Source: Octopus bimaculoides (lineage: Eukaryota). Taken from it: a stretch of 64,000 nt of DNA. Of the stretch, positions 13,344-28,380 are shown in pieces; within the stretch, counting starts at the first letter, position 1; every line of letters begins with the position of its first letter. The notes beneath the pieces are model-generated. The model ran no database searches, was not told where the DNA came from, and saw nothing but the letters and a program-made list of their open reading frames with translations. Made by a program: the position numbers and the translations under genes. The stretch covers positions 66,544,544 to 66,608,543 of the forward strand of contig NC_068992.1 of NCBI RefSeq assembly GCF_001194135.2, written 5' to 3'.

Positions 13344-15204
13344 CCCCTCCTCAGCTGATTACTTTTATTAGAGTTGTTTCTACAACAACAACCCAAATGT
13401 GACACCAGCTTGATTGCTTGATGTCAGGAGCAGTGAAAGGAAGGGAGGTTGAGGCTGTAGAATTGTATCAGCAGTTGTGTTGAACCCTAGGTCATTCCTG
13501 ATCAAGATGCTCAAGCGCAGTCCAGCTGAATCTTTCCATTCTGCAATAATGGATTCAAGGTTTGCATTGTCTCCAATACTCTGGTATTGACAGAGTATTG
13601 GCTGTTGTTTTACGTTGCTCGTTACAATGTGCTTCACGTTGTTTTAGCCCTTATCTAACATATCCTCTGTTACTTTCGTGACAATAGGATGTGATTTCAG
13701 GGTAATTGTGACCCTTATTTCTAGCAAGGTTGAATGAAATGTTGTAGAGAAGTTGGTTCTTAACATTAGTCTGTAGCATCCCCTTGAGAGTGGTGTTGTG
13801 GGCTCACAAGAGGGCAGCAAGTGTCAGAAGGAGCTGCTCTGGGGTGGTGCTAGGTGTTTTGAGGGCCATGATTTCTTTCAAAAATAAATAATTTTGTATT
13901 TCTTTTTCAATTTTTCGTATTCTTCATGAATTGATAGAATCATTAGATAGTTGAACAAAAATGCTGTTGCCTTTAGTGCTTAGCCTTTTGTAGCACTCAA
14001 ATATTGGGGGGAAATCTAATTTATTTCCCCACTCCCCACTACATTTCTGGCCTTGTGTCTAAGGAGGAGATTCTTATTTAAAAAAAGAAAGCCAAAAAAA
14101 GAACTTGCTTCCAAAATCCAAATGCCATCCTATAACTCCTAGCACTCTTGACTTCTGGTTCTTGGAAATGTATGAAAGAAATCCCCTCTTCCGTGTAATG
14201 ACTGAGTGCGTGAAAGAGAAAGTGAGAGTTGTTATGTCAACCTTCTGGTTGCACGTTTAATGCCCCTTCCTTTTTCAAAATTGATTTTCAAGAGATCTTC
14301 CAATTATTTTTCTTAGGTTGAATTTATAATATTTTGATTGATTTTTGTAAAAAAAAAAAAAGAAGACTTAGCTCTACAATATCTTGTTCACATGTCTCTG
14401 CAGTGTTCAGCAACAAAATAGGAGTATTGACTTGTAACATTGCCGATTCATACTGCAGCAAAGCTAAGACGAAATATGCAGTGAATTATGAAATGCTGCA
14501 AAGATGAGATTGTTGCAAACAGGTTGAAAGTGGTTTATGTGTGTGTATTTGGGATTGTTTTACTGCTTTGATGTTTTGAAAGCAGTCAAACTTTTTACTT
14601 TTTATTCAAACTCACCAGAGATAGGATATTTTAGCATTCACGTTTCTTGGTCAAATGTGTTGCCTATTTATTTACATTGATTTGAATTAACCACGCATTA
14701 TTTTGTAGCTTCAAGATTTCAACGGTGTGTTTGCATATTTTTAGAATGACATTGTAGGGTAGGTGTGAGCGGTTGGATCTGGTCAGTTTGAGATGCATCT
14801 GGGTTTGTATGTATGTATATTTCTCTGTGTCTTAGTTTGTGTGCATTGTTTTATTTTAATATGAAAGATGTAAATATATCAAAGTAACTGTTATCTGTTT
14901 CAATTATTGAAGGTGCAAGTTGCCATAAAGTGTTTGAGCCGGGATCGTATGCAAAATGGAGTGGCAGAATTTCTGAAGGAGGCTAACATTATGCAAACTA
15001 TCGACCATGAGAACATTGTGCGAATGTTTGGAGTAGTCTTGGACAAAGAAAGCTCTCTCATGTTGGTAAGTTGACATTTCATTATCTATTTTGAAATTCT
15101 GAATTTTTTTTTCCACCCTTTTGTTTATTTCTTGTCTTAGGTTGTCTATTTTTGTAAAGTTGACCTTGTAATATCATTTCTAATTGAAATAAACAATCAG
15201 CCAG

Positions 15205-15250
<46 letters not shown>

Positions 15251-15395
15251 NNNNNNNNNNNNNNNNNNNNNNNNNNNNNNNNNNNNNNNNNNNNNNNNNN
15301 NNNNNNNNNNNNNNNNNNNNNNNNNNNNNNNNNNNNNNNNNNNNNNNNNNNNNNNNNNNNNNNNNNNNNNNNNNNNNNNNNNNNNNNNNNNNNNN

Positions 15396-15432
<37 letters not shown>

Positions 15433-18400
15433 ATATGCTAGCTCAAACAGTTCATAAATTACTTGAAATGATAGAGAGCCAAAGCCATACTGTCCAAGTA
15501 TTCCCAATCCCCCTTTTAAACCTTCTTTCTTAAATATCTATCTGAACTCTATTCTGTATAGAGATGTTCTAGAAAAGTTTGCATGTACACTGAAGAGTAC
15601 ATCTCTGTGCTTTTCCTGACTTAAAGATTTTGCAGTGTGTGAGGTCATTGAGGATTTCAGGTTCATTTAGTGTACTACTTGTCTTGAGTATCTGTCTGAT
15701 TCTTTTAGAAGAATTTCCATTATTAAATGTTCAATCTTATAGATACTAATGCAAAATAATTTACTCAAAACTCACTTCATATTTTGATTTTGAAAGGAGT
15801 TGAATATCTTCTCCAAAACTTTCTGCCTCCTTGCCAATATTTATTTCCTTCTTCTATGGAAATCTCTAATTGTATTTGATACAATGCAAAGCAGAATTCC
15901 TCTCTAGCTAATTATTTCTTTATCTGCTTCCACTCAGTCTTTTATTTATTTTTTGTTATATTGATTGGTGGAGATTCTTCTACTTCTGACTTTGTGTTGA
16001 TTACATTTCTTGGACTAAACATTGATTATTTAGGATTTCCCCTCACCTTTAGCTACTTCTTCAGAGAGCTCTCTACAGTAATTCCTTTTTCTGAAATAAC
16101 CATCATCATTTTGGAAAATACAACACTGTTCTTTCTGAGAACTTGCAAAATGATACACGTTTGTGAACACTAATAAAATACTGTTTCTTGATATGGTATA
16201 AATTGTGTGTGTGTGAATGTATATATACACACACATGCATGGACAGAGAGAAAGAGCACAAATATAGGAGATATCTAATATGTTTGTTAAAGAGTTATCT
16301 CTTAAAATGTGACATAAATAAGAAATTAAATAAATTTCCTCTTACAAAATTCTCTTGCTGATAAAGAGAAATAAAAATTTGTTATAATTAGGAGATAAAA
16401 TGTAGAAAAATAGCAAAAATTGTAGATTCTGTGATGAGTTTGTTGTTTTCTTTTTCTTTTTTTTTTGCGATTGTGCTTTCTTCAAGATAAAGGTTATATA
16501 AGCTAAGAATTTTTAGGTTTTTTTTTTTTTAAACATATGAGTTTCTAGTTTTCTAGAATGTCATGTGGAAAGATTAGTTTATATTGAAATATTGAAGATA
16601 AACTAGGTTTGGTTAGTACTGAGATGGCTGACTTGTTTAGAAACCCAAGAACTGCAAGGATGCTCCTATATTTGTGGTTCAAGTGCTGATCATTACATGG
16701 TTGTCTTTTAAAACCTTACTAAAGCATTGGATTGGTGATGTGATATAGCTGAGTGATTAAGAAGTCTACTTTGCAATCACAGAGTTCCAGGTTTGATCCC
16801 ACTGTATGATATTTTGGGCAAGTGTCATTTTTCATAGCCTTAGACTGACCCATACTTTGTGAGTGAAATAGGTGTTGATGGAAACTGTATGGAATCTTGT
16901 TGAGTGCATTTTAACTGTAATGTGAAGGGTATATCTTTGTCACCCCATTGTTTATGCGGTGCTTGAGAATTGTATTAAAGGTACTGAGTAATCCTGCCGG
17001 TGATGGTGCCGTGTAAAAAGCTCCCAGTCCACTCTGTAAAGTGGTTGGCATTAGGAAGGGCACCCAGCTGTTGAAGCTATGCCAAATGGAGCCTAGTGCT
17101 GCTCTAAGGCTTGTACCCATGCTAGCATGAAAAGCAGATGTTAAATGATGTACATGTGTTTGTGGAATACTCAGCTACTGGCGTGTCAATTCAAAAGAGA
17201 AATTAGTTGATGGAGAAACCGAATGCTCATCATTGAACAACAGACACCAACTGTAATATTGGATTGTGTGGGTCTACATATTGAAAGCCTTAGGTGTAAA
17301 CTATGATATGAAATGTGTAGGTGTGTGTGGGTGGGTAGAATAAATCATTAGAATGGGGAAATGGACTCAATCACATGAACTAATTATCATAATTTAGAGT
17401 TGGTGTTAATTAATTTTGTCTTGTGTGTCTTTGATTTTGTTCTTAGTTCTTACCATACAGTTCTTCATTTAATTATTTTGTCTTGTGAAAACTTGAAGGA
17501 AAACAGTTTTTTTAACACAAACTTTTTGAGTTACTGTCATTTTTAAAAAAAAAGAAAAAAACCCAAATAAAACACTTTCTTCTATAGAGTATTCAGTTAA
17601 GACTGGTCTAATTGGTCTAATTGGTCTAATTGTGGTGAGAATTATTGCCTTCTTCAGTGTTTGTTACATTCCACATTGAAATTGTTTTCTTTGAGAACAG
17701 TGCAGTTTGTGGAGAAATTCTACACTTCTTCTCATTGGCCATGTCTATGTGCTAATTCTATGTATATTCGAGCCAGAGTTGTTTTCTTAGTAATCTATTG
17801 TACATTTCTGGTATAAGAGTCTTGTGGTGAAGTGGGGGGGCATTGATATGTGAAATATAGCTTGTTAGGTGAGCGCTGTCCCTTCCCCCATTTTTGAATT
17901 AAATTTGTTTGTACCTTTGGTTTCTTTTCCGTGACCTGTCTGTTTACTGTCTCTTGACTTTCTCATGACTTGATTCTTATGTTTAATTAGCAACTTATGA
18001 ACTTTTTAATGGTAGATTATTTTGTCTGAGAGAGAGAGAGAGAGAGAGAGAAAGAAAGAAAGAAAATGAGATGTTTTATTTTCTGTTTTCATTTGTCTCC
18101 ATGGAATTACACAGAAGCAACACACATTTTCATTTCCCTTTTAAGGATGACAGCTACCTAAGGGGGGTTTGTTAGGGGGAAGTTGTTTGTAATGGGTTGT
18201 TTTATTACAGCAGCAATGTGATCTAAAATATATTTTCTTTGCTTATAATGGAGCAACAGGGAAAGCTATATAGGATTCAGGCATCAAGTCGATTTGTCTG
18301 CCTTACATTATTAACCCTGTTCATGTTACCTGCAGCTAATGTGCAGCAGGTTTTTTCTTCTTCTTTCCCTCCCTTTTTTTAATGTTTTAATTTTTTTCTT

Positions 18401-19409
18401 TTACATGTTTAGTTAAAATTAGTTGATATTGAAAGAATTTTTTTTTCACTGGTTTGGACATGAGCAGTGTCATATCTAATCTGTATCATTATCTGAAGCT
18501 GTTAATGATCTTAGTGGTGTGTAACAAGTCATGGTCCGATAACATCCAATTATTTCAGCCAATTTGACATTTGAAAAATACTCTTTACATTTAAACCAGC
18601 CATATCTGGTCAAGATATTTTACCTGTTTTATGTTCATGCTGGCAGTGCCCCAGCATGGCCACAGCCTCAGGGCTGAAACATACACTAACTGGATCCAGC
18701 CTCTCACACCTACCTTACAATGTCACATTCAACAGAGTGATCTGCTAAAGGCTTAAAGAATCTACGTTTTTCCGATGAATCTCTTTCTTCTGTAATTCTC
18801 ACCGAACTGAATGTCTGCACTCTCTTTTATAAAACTAACTGGATTATACTATTATATACTGATACTACTCTCTGGGCTTAGTTAGTAACAACTATCTATT
18901 GAGTAAACTATTTTCCTCCTCCTCCTCTTCACACTTAAAGAGTGTAACAACCAATGATATCACCATCATCATAACCAAAGAATAACTGAAACTCAACTGA
19001 GATTATAAAGTGTTTTTTTTTATTTTACAAAATTTATATTTTTGTTTTTACATGTTACATTCTGTACTTGAGATTTTTTTTAATGCTCTAAGTTAAAACA
19101 CGGTAAAATTTATATCTAATTAATGAAATATAACCCAATCTATTAGAATTCATATGGCTGTTTCTATCTCTCTTTCTAAGCAGTTGTGAAGAGAATTTTT
19201 GCTTTCATGTAGAACTGAAGAAGTATTTTCAAAGTTAGATATAAATAGGTTCAGTACAAGAAACAAGAGAGCAATGTTTAAATGGCTGAGGACTTGTAGT
19301 CAACAGTTGATTCAATATATTTTACACTTTTACAGTAAAGATGATGTTGGGTGAAAATGTGTTGAGCTCCAAGTTGATAAAGTAATCTTTCAGCCTGCCC
19401 CAACTGCTG

Positions 19410-19453
<44 letters not shown>

Positions 19454-20268
19454 GTACAGTGTTAACCTGTATTTGAAATGAATTAGAATCCTTTTCCTAC
19501 ACAGCCATCCTATATACATGTTTACTGAATAATTCAATTGCATTAATGTTTTCTTTCAATCCACTCTTCTGCTCCAGTTAGATAAATTAAAAGCAATAAA
19601 ACAAAGCAAACAGAAAAAAAATTGTGCTTGTACTTTTTTCTTTATGTCTGCTCTCTTTCTCCAGAAATATATCATGATTTTCTCCTTTAAATACAAAACT
19701 TAACCCAGCTGGGTTTATGTAAATCCCATAGAAACAACTTGAAATTTTCTTTCTTTCTTTCTTTTATTTCTTCTTTCCTTTCTTTCTCTCTCTCTCTCTC
19801 TCGTTTTTTTCCCTTTTTCTTTCCTCCTTCCTTTCTTTTTTTTCTTTCTCTCTTCCATCCATCCATGGGTTGGCCCCCATGGATAGGATTGATATTTTTG
19901 ATTTTCTGATTAGTTTTCTCCATGTGCCATGCTTCCAAATTTTTAACTATTTTTATCTGTCTAATCTAGGTAACAGAATTAGCACCAATGCGTTCATTAC
20001 TCGAGTGTCTCAAAGAACCTTCTCTACGTTTGGATTTTCCTGTTTTGCGACTTTGTGACTTTTCCCAGCAAATCTGTGATGGAATGGCATATTTAGAAAG
20101 CAAACGTCTCATTCACAGAGATCTAGCAGCGCGCAACATTTTGGTGTTTAGCAAGAACAAGGTAAGCTTTTCTCACATATATTTCCAATCAAAGAATATC
20201 CTATTTTCCTATCATTTATTAGTATAGCAATAATATCTTTAGTCCCTTCACCCATTAACCTTTAGAAG

Positions 20269-20322
<54 letters not shown>

Positions 20323-21089
20323 TTTTAAGTATATATATTATAAAAATATAATTATAATTAAGGGCGCTAGAATGCCAGCTCCTATATTTGACATCTACTT
20401 CTAGTGTATAGATGCTGGCATTTCAGCGTCTTTAATCATAATTATAATTATATACTTAAAAATTAATTTTACCAATATGATTGTTTTTTTATACACTAGT
20501 CACTGATATAATCATTTTAATGATTATATCCTCAATTATATATATATCTTGCATTGGGAATGTTACAATAATTCTGCCTAACTCTCAAATTTTCTTCACG
20601 ATCTCAGTTTGTGTTGTTTTATTTCCTCTACAGGTAAAGATCAGTGACTTTGGATTGTCTCGAGCCCTTGGAGTAGGCAAAGACTATTACCAGAGTAATT
20701 TTACCATCAATCTAAAACTTCCAATTGCTTGGTGAGTCAGTCCTTTGATGATGTTTTTTTATATGTTTTGATTTGAAATAGATTTAGGCTTATCGTTCAG
20801 ACTCAGAAATGCTGTATCTTTGCCAGAGAATTATTGCTTTAGCATTAAATTGTAATTATAAAGAACTTGCTTCAGTATCAGGTTTAAGTTTATTTTTGAT
20901 AGTTCTATGTTGGTGGTTGCAGTGTGCTCCATTTCAGTGTGATAAAGTATAACACAGAGTCTTTACTATGGACAGGCTTTTCAAATATTTCTTAAGACTT
21001 TAATAGTAATCCCTGATTGTCGTCAGTGTTTCCTCTTAGTGCCTGTCCATGTGCCCACATTTTACAACTATTACACAAATGAAAAGCAT

Positions 21090-21166
<77 letters not shown>

Positions 21167-24100
21167 TAATCTCATCATTGGAGTCACAAGGCTATGAGAT
21201 AATGCATTATTAATTTTAAATAATGCAAATAAGCATTATATTCAATAGAATAATCTGAATGCTAAAGGGTTAAATTATCAACAGAAATTACTTTCTGAGA
21301 GAAAGCTTTCACAAGGACACCAGGCAATGATAGGTCTTGTGTAAGAGACACAGTTGTCAAAATATTTTTAAACAAATACTACTTTTTGTTTTTTTGACAC
21401 TATTATTAGTAAGCTGTTGACAGCCCTCTAAAAGTCATTTAATGTCCATTTCTTTTTTTTTTGTCATGTCAGAGGTAGGCTTGTCCAGTTAAATGTGCAA
21501 TTATTATATTAACTGAAGGAAAAGTATAGTGACAATATCCAGTATGAAATTTTAATTGTTGAGGAATTGTTATAAAAGTCAAGAGGGTATGAAAACAAAA
21601 TTTATGGAATGAAACTAAATGATAGATTATATATACTTAAGGTCTATAATATTTGTCTGCTTTGAGGGATCATATAACATTTCTTTTGAGGGAGTCATTT
21701 GGCTAATTATTGCAGATTAAAATGTGTAGTACCATTGGTTGATTGGTACATGTTGTGTTGAGAAATGACTGGCATATAGGAAAAGAAAGTTGTATATGTG
21801 TTGAGAATCACTTAATTTAATCGAATGAATTTTTCTTTTATTGAAAAAAAAAATTGTTTTGAGAACAATATATTTTTCATGACCATTCATCACATGATTT
21901 TTTAAAACATTTTCTCCATGCTTGGACATGGGGTCACACGATCTCTGTCTTCTGAGAAACCTTTATTGTCATCAGATGTAATACTTCCTTGAAGATTTTC
22001 CTTCCCAGTTTTTATCTGGTTACTGTGTTTTCAGAACCCTAACTTCTGCTGCTCATTTGGCCCTCCTAAGTAACACTTCCTGTTGACAACTTGTAAGAGG
22101 TCTTCTGACTACTTCTAGAGAGCCATCCAGACATTTGAAAGTATTCATTCCCTGTCTGTTTTTCATGCCAATTTCTGACCCATACCAGCATGGACAACAG
22201 ACATTACATGATGATGATTATGATGATGTATCTTCCTTCCTTTTTTGTCAATAAGAGAATGATCTCACTAAATCTCTTGTGGACTCCTGATTTATATTGG
22301 ATATGAACTTAACAATTTCTACAACCACCTATTCTACAAATTGAACATGGACTCTTCCAAGACAGCCATACAATTCAGTATTCTTTCTGCTGTATCATGT
22401 TTTTGCCAGATTTACTTTCAGATCTTGTGATTCTAGACTCCCATGCATCTTTGGAACTTTGCCTCTGATTCTGCTGTGGGAACTTGCCAATCAGCATTGT
22501 GGGTACAGCCATGCTTGAACTGAATTGTTCCTGAACATGTCCATCTGTAGTTATTTCTTTCTAAAATATCTCCTGTGTCCTGACAATGATACTGAAACAC
22601 TTGTTCAGATATTATCACCTGCTCCCTCCTCTTGCTCCAGCTGCTTTCTCTGTCATTCTACATTAATGATTCTTTCAACTGTCAACAGCTGCTGATCCTT
22701 CAGTTGGATCCACTTGCTGTTGTCCCCCCCTCCTCCTCCTCCCCTCTTTCCTTCATGCATTCTCATCATTTATTAACCTCTTCTTGTGGCATTTCCTCCT
22801 GACATCTGTGATGGGAATTACACACCACTTAGCATTCCAAAGACATCCCCATTCTCAACAACACAATTTCATCATCTGAAACACATTCTCTGATCTGCTC
22901 TTCATGAACCTCTTTCTCCTTCAATCCTTGCTAGTTAAGTGTCTCGCTAGTCTTTTAGTTACCCAATATTCTACCTGGCACCATTCCTCTTTCCATTTTT
23001 TCCAGGCCTGTCTTACTTTATCATTCCACCTCCTTGTCACTTACTGATTCGCTGGAACCTTCCCTCTCCCCACACAGACTTGGTCTATGGGTTGCAGTGG
23101 TTTGTCTGTAAATCATCCCTGGACTTAAGAGCTAAGAGACTTAACTCTCTGCCTCATTAAAGATGTTTCTCTTTGTCAATTAAGTGTTGATTAATGTGCG
23201 TGCACACACACACACACACACACTCTCACAATCATATATACGCATGCACACACACACACACAGTCCTGTTTGTATTAGTATACTTCCTTTCAATGTGTTT
23301 TTACATACTTGTATTATCTTAAGTTTGTGTAGCTGTGTATGCTTGAGAAGAACATTTTGTGTTTTGCAAGTGACAAGAGTTATTGGAAAGAATGACTGAA
23401 ATTGCAGACTTCCTTTACAACATTCTTCTCTAAAGCCTATAATTTGTGTTCATCACTCTAATTACAGGTGTGCTCCGGAGTGTATCAATTATTTGAAGTT
23501 TACATCTGCGAGTGATGTTTGGTCATATGGAGTTACTCTTTGGGAAATGTTTACATATGGATTCCAGCCTTGGGCTGGAATGACTGGACAACAGGTTGGT
23601 TGCCACAGAATTTGAAGTTTTTTTTTTTTTTTGATTTCTTGAAAGAAAATCTAATTATCTTTAGAGAGATTTTTTTTTTATTGAAATATTGTATCTTTTT
23701 GATGTATTTAAAGAGTTTATATGCTCTCTGTCATATAGTCTATTTGATACAATTGAAATGAAATGGTCATCTTTGTCACCTAACAATGGCGGGGGTCACA
23801 TGATAGAGTGTACAATAAACAACTTTACAATTAATGAGAAAATCATGAAATCTGTGTTGGCATGTGTTAATTATAACCCATCAGTTACTAGAATTGCTCA
23901 AACGTTATCATTTACATTCTTCAGTGTATGGAGAGCTATTAATTTAGTTAAGATTTCCATAATAACCAGCCATGTTTAAGACAGGAATGGAAATAAACAA
24001 TATGAAAGTCCTCTAAGAAACAAGAATTTTTTTTAAAGAGGAAATTGGGATAAAATGTTAAACCATATGAGATGACTAGGTTAATTTCTCAGCCTGTCAT

Positions 24101-26070
24101 TTGACGTTTATTTTTATAGAATTTTAACCTTTTAGCATTTAAAACAGAAGCAATGACCAACACCTTTGGCATTATGTCGTACTTGAGAAGAAGACCATGG
24201 CAGATACCGGTGTCATGCAAATGGCACCCAAGCTGGTGGCATATAATAGTACTCATCACACTCTCGGAGTGGTTAGTATTAGAAAGGGCTTCCAGCTGTA
24301 GAAAACCATGTCAAATCAGACTGGAGTCTGGTGCAGCCTTTCAGCTTACCAGCCCTGGTCAAACCATCCAACGGATGTTAAATGATGTGATGATATCTGG
24401 CCAAAATATTCTACCTGTTGTATGTTTAGACTGGCCAGTCCCTGAGGTTGTTGATCGAAGATAAGTTTTACGTTAGCTTAGAGCATAGTTTGTCTGGGTA
24501 AGATGATGGAAAATTAGCAGAAACATAAACTGCAGGATAATGTTAGGAACATTTTCAAGGAATTTTGGAATAAATTAGATTGTTTTTTTTGTTCTTCTAC
24601 TAAAGATCCTTGAAGCTGTTGATCAGCCAAATTGTCAGCGCTTAGATCGACCTGATCTTTGCCCCAGAGAGTACTTTGACCTAATGAAATCGTGTTGGGA
24701 AGATGACCCAAAGGATAGGCCTACATTCAGTGAAATATTTTTGAAACAGCCAAAGGTAAGTTTATTTACCTTTCCAAGAATTTTCAAAATGATTTGACCT
24801 TTATTCTTAAAAGTTTTCTCCCATATAATTGATCCACTCTTTCTTAGTGAGCTATTCTTCATGATAATGTTCTTGTGTTTTTTGTAGATGCGCCCATCTC
24901 TGGCAAAAGCAGTTGCTGATTCTCCAGAAACCTCTGCTGGTGATGAATATTTAGTTTTTAAGGCTTACGACACCATTGTTATTTTAGATAAGAAGTAAGT
25001 GCCTCCAATTTCTAATTCCTTTGCTCTGTTAGTTTCTGACCATATTTTCTCCAAATTTTTTTGCTGTTTTCTGTTCAGTCTTCTTACAACTGTTTTATAG
25101 TTTTTCAGCTTTTAATTCCTAAATTTTCAAAATTCTTACAATGTAATTTCTGAAAAAATTTAGTACTAAAGTAATTTAAAATTTAAAATAAAGAATAGTA
25201 TACTGCAGTATAAGTTTACAATGTGTAATGAGAAGTTTGTTTCCTAACCACATGGTTTGTGAGAAAGGTTAGTTTTATTCTACCAATGCATTGTGTGTGT
25301 GCCATGCCCCGAGTTGTTGGGGTTTCAGGGCACAGTGGCAATATGCTCATACATTGTCCCTTGCCACCGATGCTTTTGCCAACTCAGCTACAGCTATCCC
25401 ATCCAGTGTGAAAGGAACCACGGGGTCAGAGCAATAGTTTCTGTGCTTGCTCGATGGAATGGTGGTATCATGTTGCCTCTCAACGATGATGGCTGAATGC
25501 CTCTAAGCTGGAATCACAGTCGGACCCAACTTGTTTTCCAAAAGCATTTCAACCTCAAGGTGCATGCCAGCCCATCACGTTTGCATGATGAATGTCATCA
25601 TCGCTGGCAGAATTGGCTTTCTGCGGGTCTTACTTCAGCACTGTCCCACCTGACTTGTTCAAAGAGATTGAGTTGAACAAAATTGCTTGCATGTGACTGT
25701 GGCTTACTGCTTGGAGTGACGTGCTTAGTAGAGCAGCTGTGTGTGTGTGTGTGAAGAGGGAGAGAAATACATACATGCATACAGACTACTCCATAGAGCA
25801 TATATATTACAGACACACATATAGTATATTTGTTTAAAATTTGTCAAAAAAATTAACTAGGTAATCTTTCCAGCTGTATTACATATTTGCGTTAATCTGT
25901 TGAACATCTTTCTGGATTAATTTCATTATCATATTTCAAAAGTAAACAATTCTGTGTTGGTGACCGTTTCTGAATTATCCTGAGACACATTTTAGGGATT
26001 TCTGCTCTAGATAAATAAGGAAACAACCTTCAGTGGTGCCCCAATGATAGAATGGTTTTCATTTCTCTCT

Positions 26071-26107
<37 letters not shown>

Positions 26108-28339
26108 TAAAGCTTTTAAAACAATTTTGTTGGTGTTGAACCCTAGAGAACATGTGTAACTAGCAACTAAACGATTGCAATTTTGACCTAGATTCAATTT
26201 TTTTTATCCAGCAAGACCACACATGCTCTCTGAGTGTTTAGATATCATTCAATATCATGGAAATATCATCTGTTGGTGTAGATTGTCATCACACTGGGAA
26301 AATTACAAAATATTCCATAGCTTGTATAAATTAAAAACACACACACACGCACACTTCTTTTAAATTTAAGAAATTAACTGGGCAGTCTCTGCAACTGTGT
26401 TAGATATTTGTATAGACCTGGTGAACATCTTCCTTGATTAGCTCATTATCAAGTTTTCATATTTTTATAAATTTCATGTAAACTGTTGATAATTCATTTA
26501 TGTTTAACTAAATTTGTTTTCTTCGTCTCTTTGCAGTCCAGAAAATGCCCCTTCAAAGTTCTGGAAAGGTGCATTGGATACAGGCAAATGTGGGCTCTTT
26601 GATGCTACAAAGACAGTTGCGTTCATTGAACCCAAGACCAGCCCCATTGAGTTACCAAGAACTTCTCTATCGAGAAAGGGTAACCAACTTCAGTTCAAAA
26701 CTTTACTCTCAATTTCTACCTTCTGCCCTTCCTGTTTTTCTTAAACTTAGCACTTGCATATTGTAATCGTAAGATTGGTTGAAACTGCATTGATGGTGTA
26801 TTACAGCTGTAAAATAGATTAAACTATATATTACAACAGTATGGCCAGATGTTGTTTCAAACATAATCATTGAAAATAAATAATCTCACTTTTCTAGGAG
26901 GATATCTACCAATCACACAACGGTGAGGAATGTTGGTGTTTAGCAATAATAAATTAGTATGATATTGAAAAATAGAAAATTGATCTAAGGAAAAGATCCT
27001 TTATGGTATGGCATCAAAGATAATGTAATTAGATATCAAATGAATGATGGATATTAATCCTGTTTATAAGCTGTAGTACATTTAATATTACTGACCTGGA
27101 AAGTGTGTGACTAATGGCCTTAAATATACAGTATTCAGTTATGAATAAGTGGCTTAGATAAAATTAATTAGCCTGGCCTGATGATGAATTGAACTTGAAA
27201 AGAGATGGTTGGTTGTTTAATTAAAACTATTACTTAAGCAAAACTTTAAATTTTCATCTGTTGAAGGGTTATTTAATGAAATTGCATTGGAGTCTAGATG
27301 TCGGAGAAAGTAATGTGTTGTAGGATCATACAAACTAAAACATCTTGCTTAAATAGATGTTAACCTGCTGCTGCTTTGATGAGGAGTAGAAACTAATCTT
27401 GCAGCATTTTACCCATCTTTACATTCTGATTTCAAATGCCACCAGGGTTGACTTTGCCTTTTATCCTTTCACGGTTGATGAAATAAGTATCAGTTGAGCA
27501 CTGGGGTTGATCTAATCCAAAATTGCTGGCCTTGTGCCAAAATTCGAAACCATTATTATAATTCATTATTTAAAATAGAAACCTGGTGGCACGTAAAAAG
27601 CACCATCTGAATGTGGTTGATGCCAGGTCTGCCTGACTGGCTCCCCATGCCGATGGCACGTAAAAAGCACCAACCGATTGTGGCTGATGCCAGTAGCCCC
27701 TGACTGGCTCTTGTGCCAGTGGCACATAGAAAGCACCATCCGAACATCATTGATGCCAGGCCCACCTGACTGGCTCCTGTGCTGGTGGTACGTAAAAAGC
27801 ACCCACTACACTCTCGGAGTGGTTGGTGTTAGGAAGGGCATCCAGATCAGATTGGAGCCTGGTGCAGCCTACTGGCTCTCCAGACCTCAGTCAAACCATC
27901 CAGCCCATGCCAGCATGGAAAACGGACGTTAAACGATGAGGATGAATTAAAAACCATGTTATAATTCATTGCACATTTAAAAAAGCATCCACACCCACAC
28001 AGTGCTGTTACTTGTTTTTTTTTTTTTTTTGTTAGCATGACTTGGTAGCATGTGCAATGGTTTTAGGTGTCCATGTAGTCACAAGCTCACATAGACAATC
28101 TCTTGGCCAAACAATACTTTGACTGAGTGTAACATCCCGGATGTAACACGTAGAAGAGGAAAGAGAGCATTCCAGCAGAAAAGAGCTGCTATTTAATTTA
28201 TTGAGGTTAAGTGGACAAAGTTAGTTAACCTAGGTGGGGTTTGAACTCAGCAGAGAACTGCAATAAATGTCACGAAGCATCTTAGTTGATACTTTAAAGA
28301 TTCAATCTGTTTGTTGTCTCACTATACACACACACATGT

Positions 28340-28380
<41 letters not shown>

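Noticed and set aside
21930-23000. Higher-complexity block suspected to be a LINE relic
   Set aside because: I could not recover a convincing RT or endonuclease motif in any frame by eye. It needs a RepeatMasker or tBLASTx search.
25290-25720. GC-richer island in the SH3 intron as a possible nested gene or exon
   Set aside because: The ORFs are short with no motif and no phase-2-compatible splice pair was identified. It is probably an old repeat.
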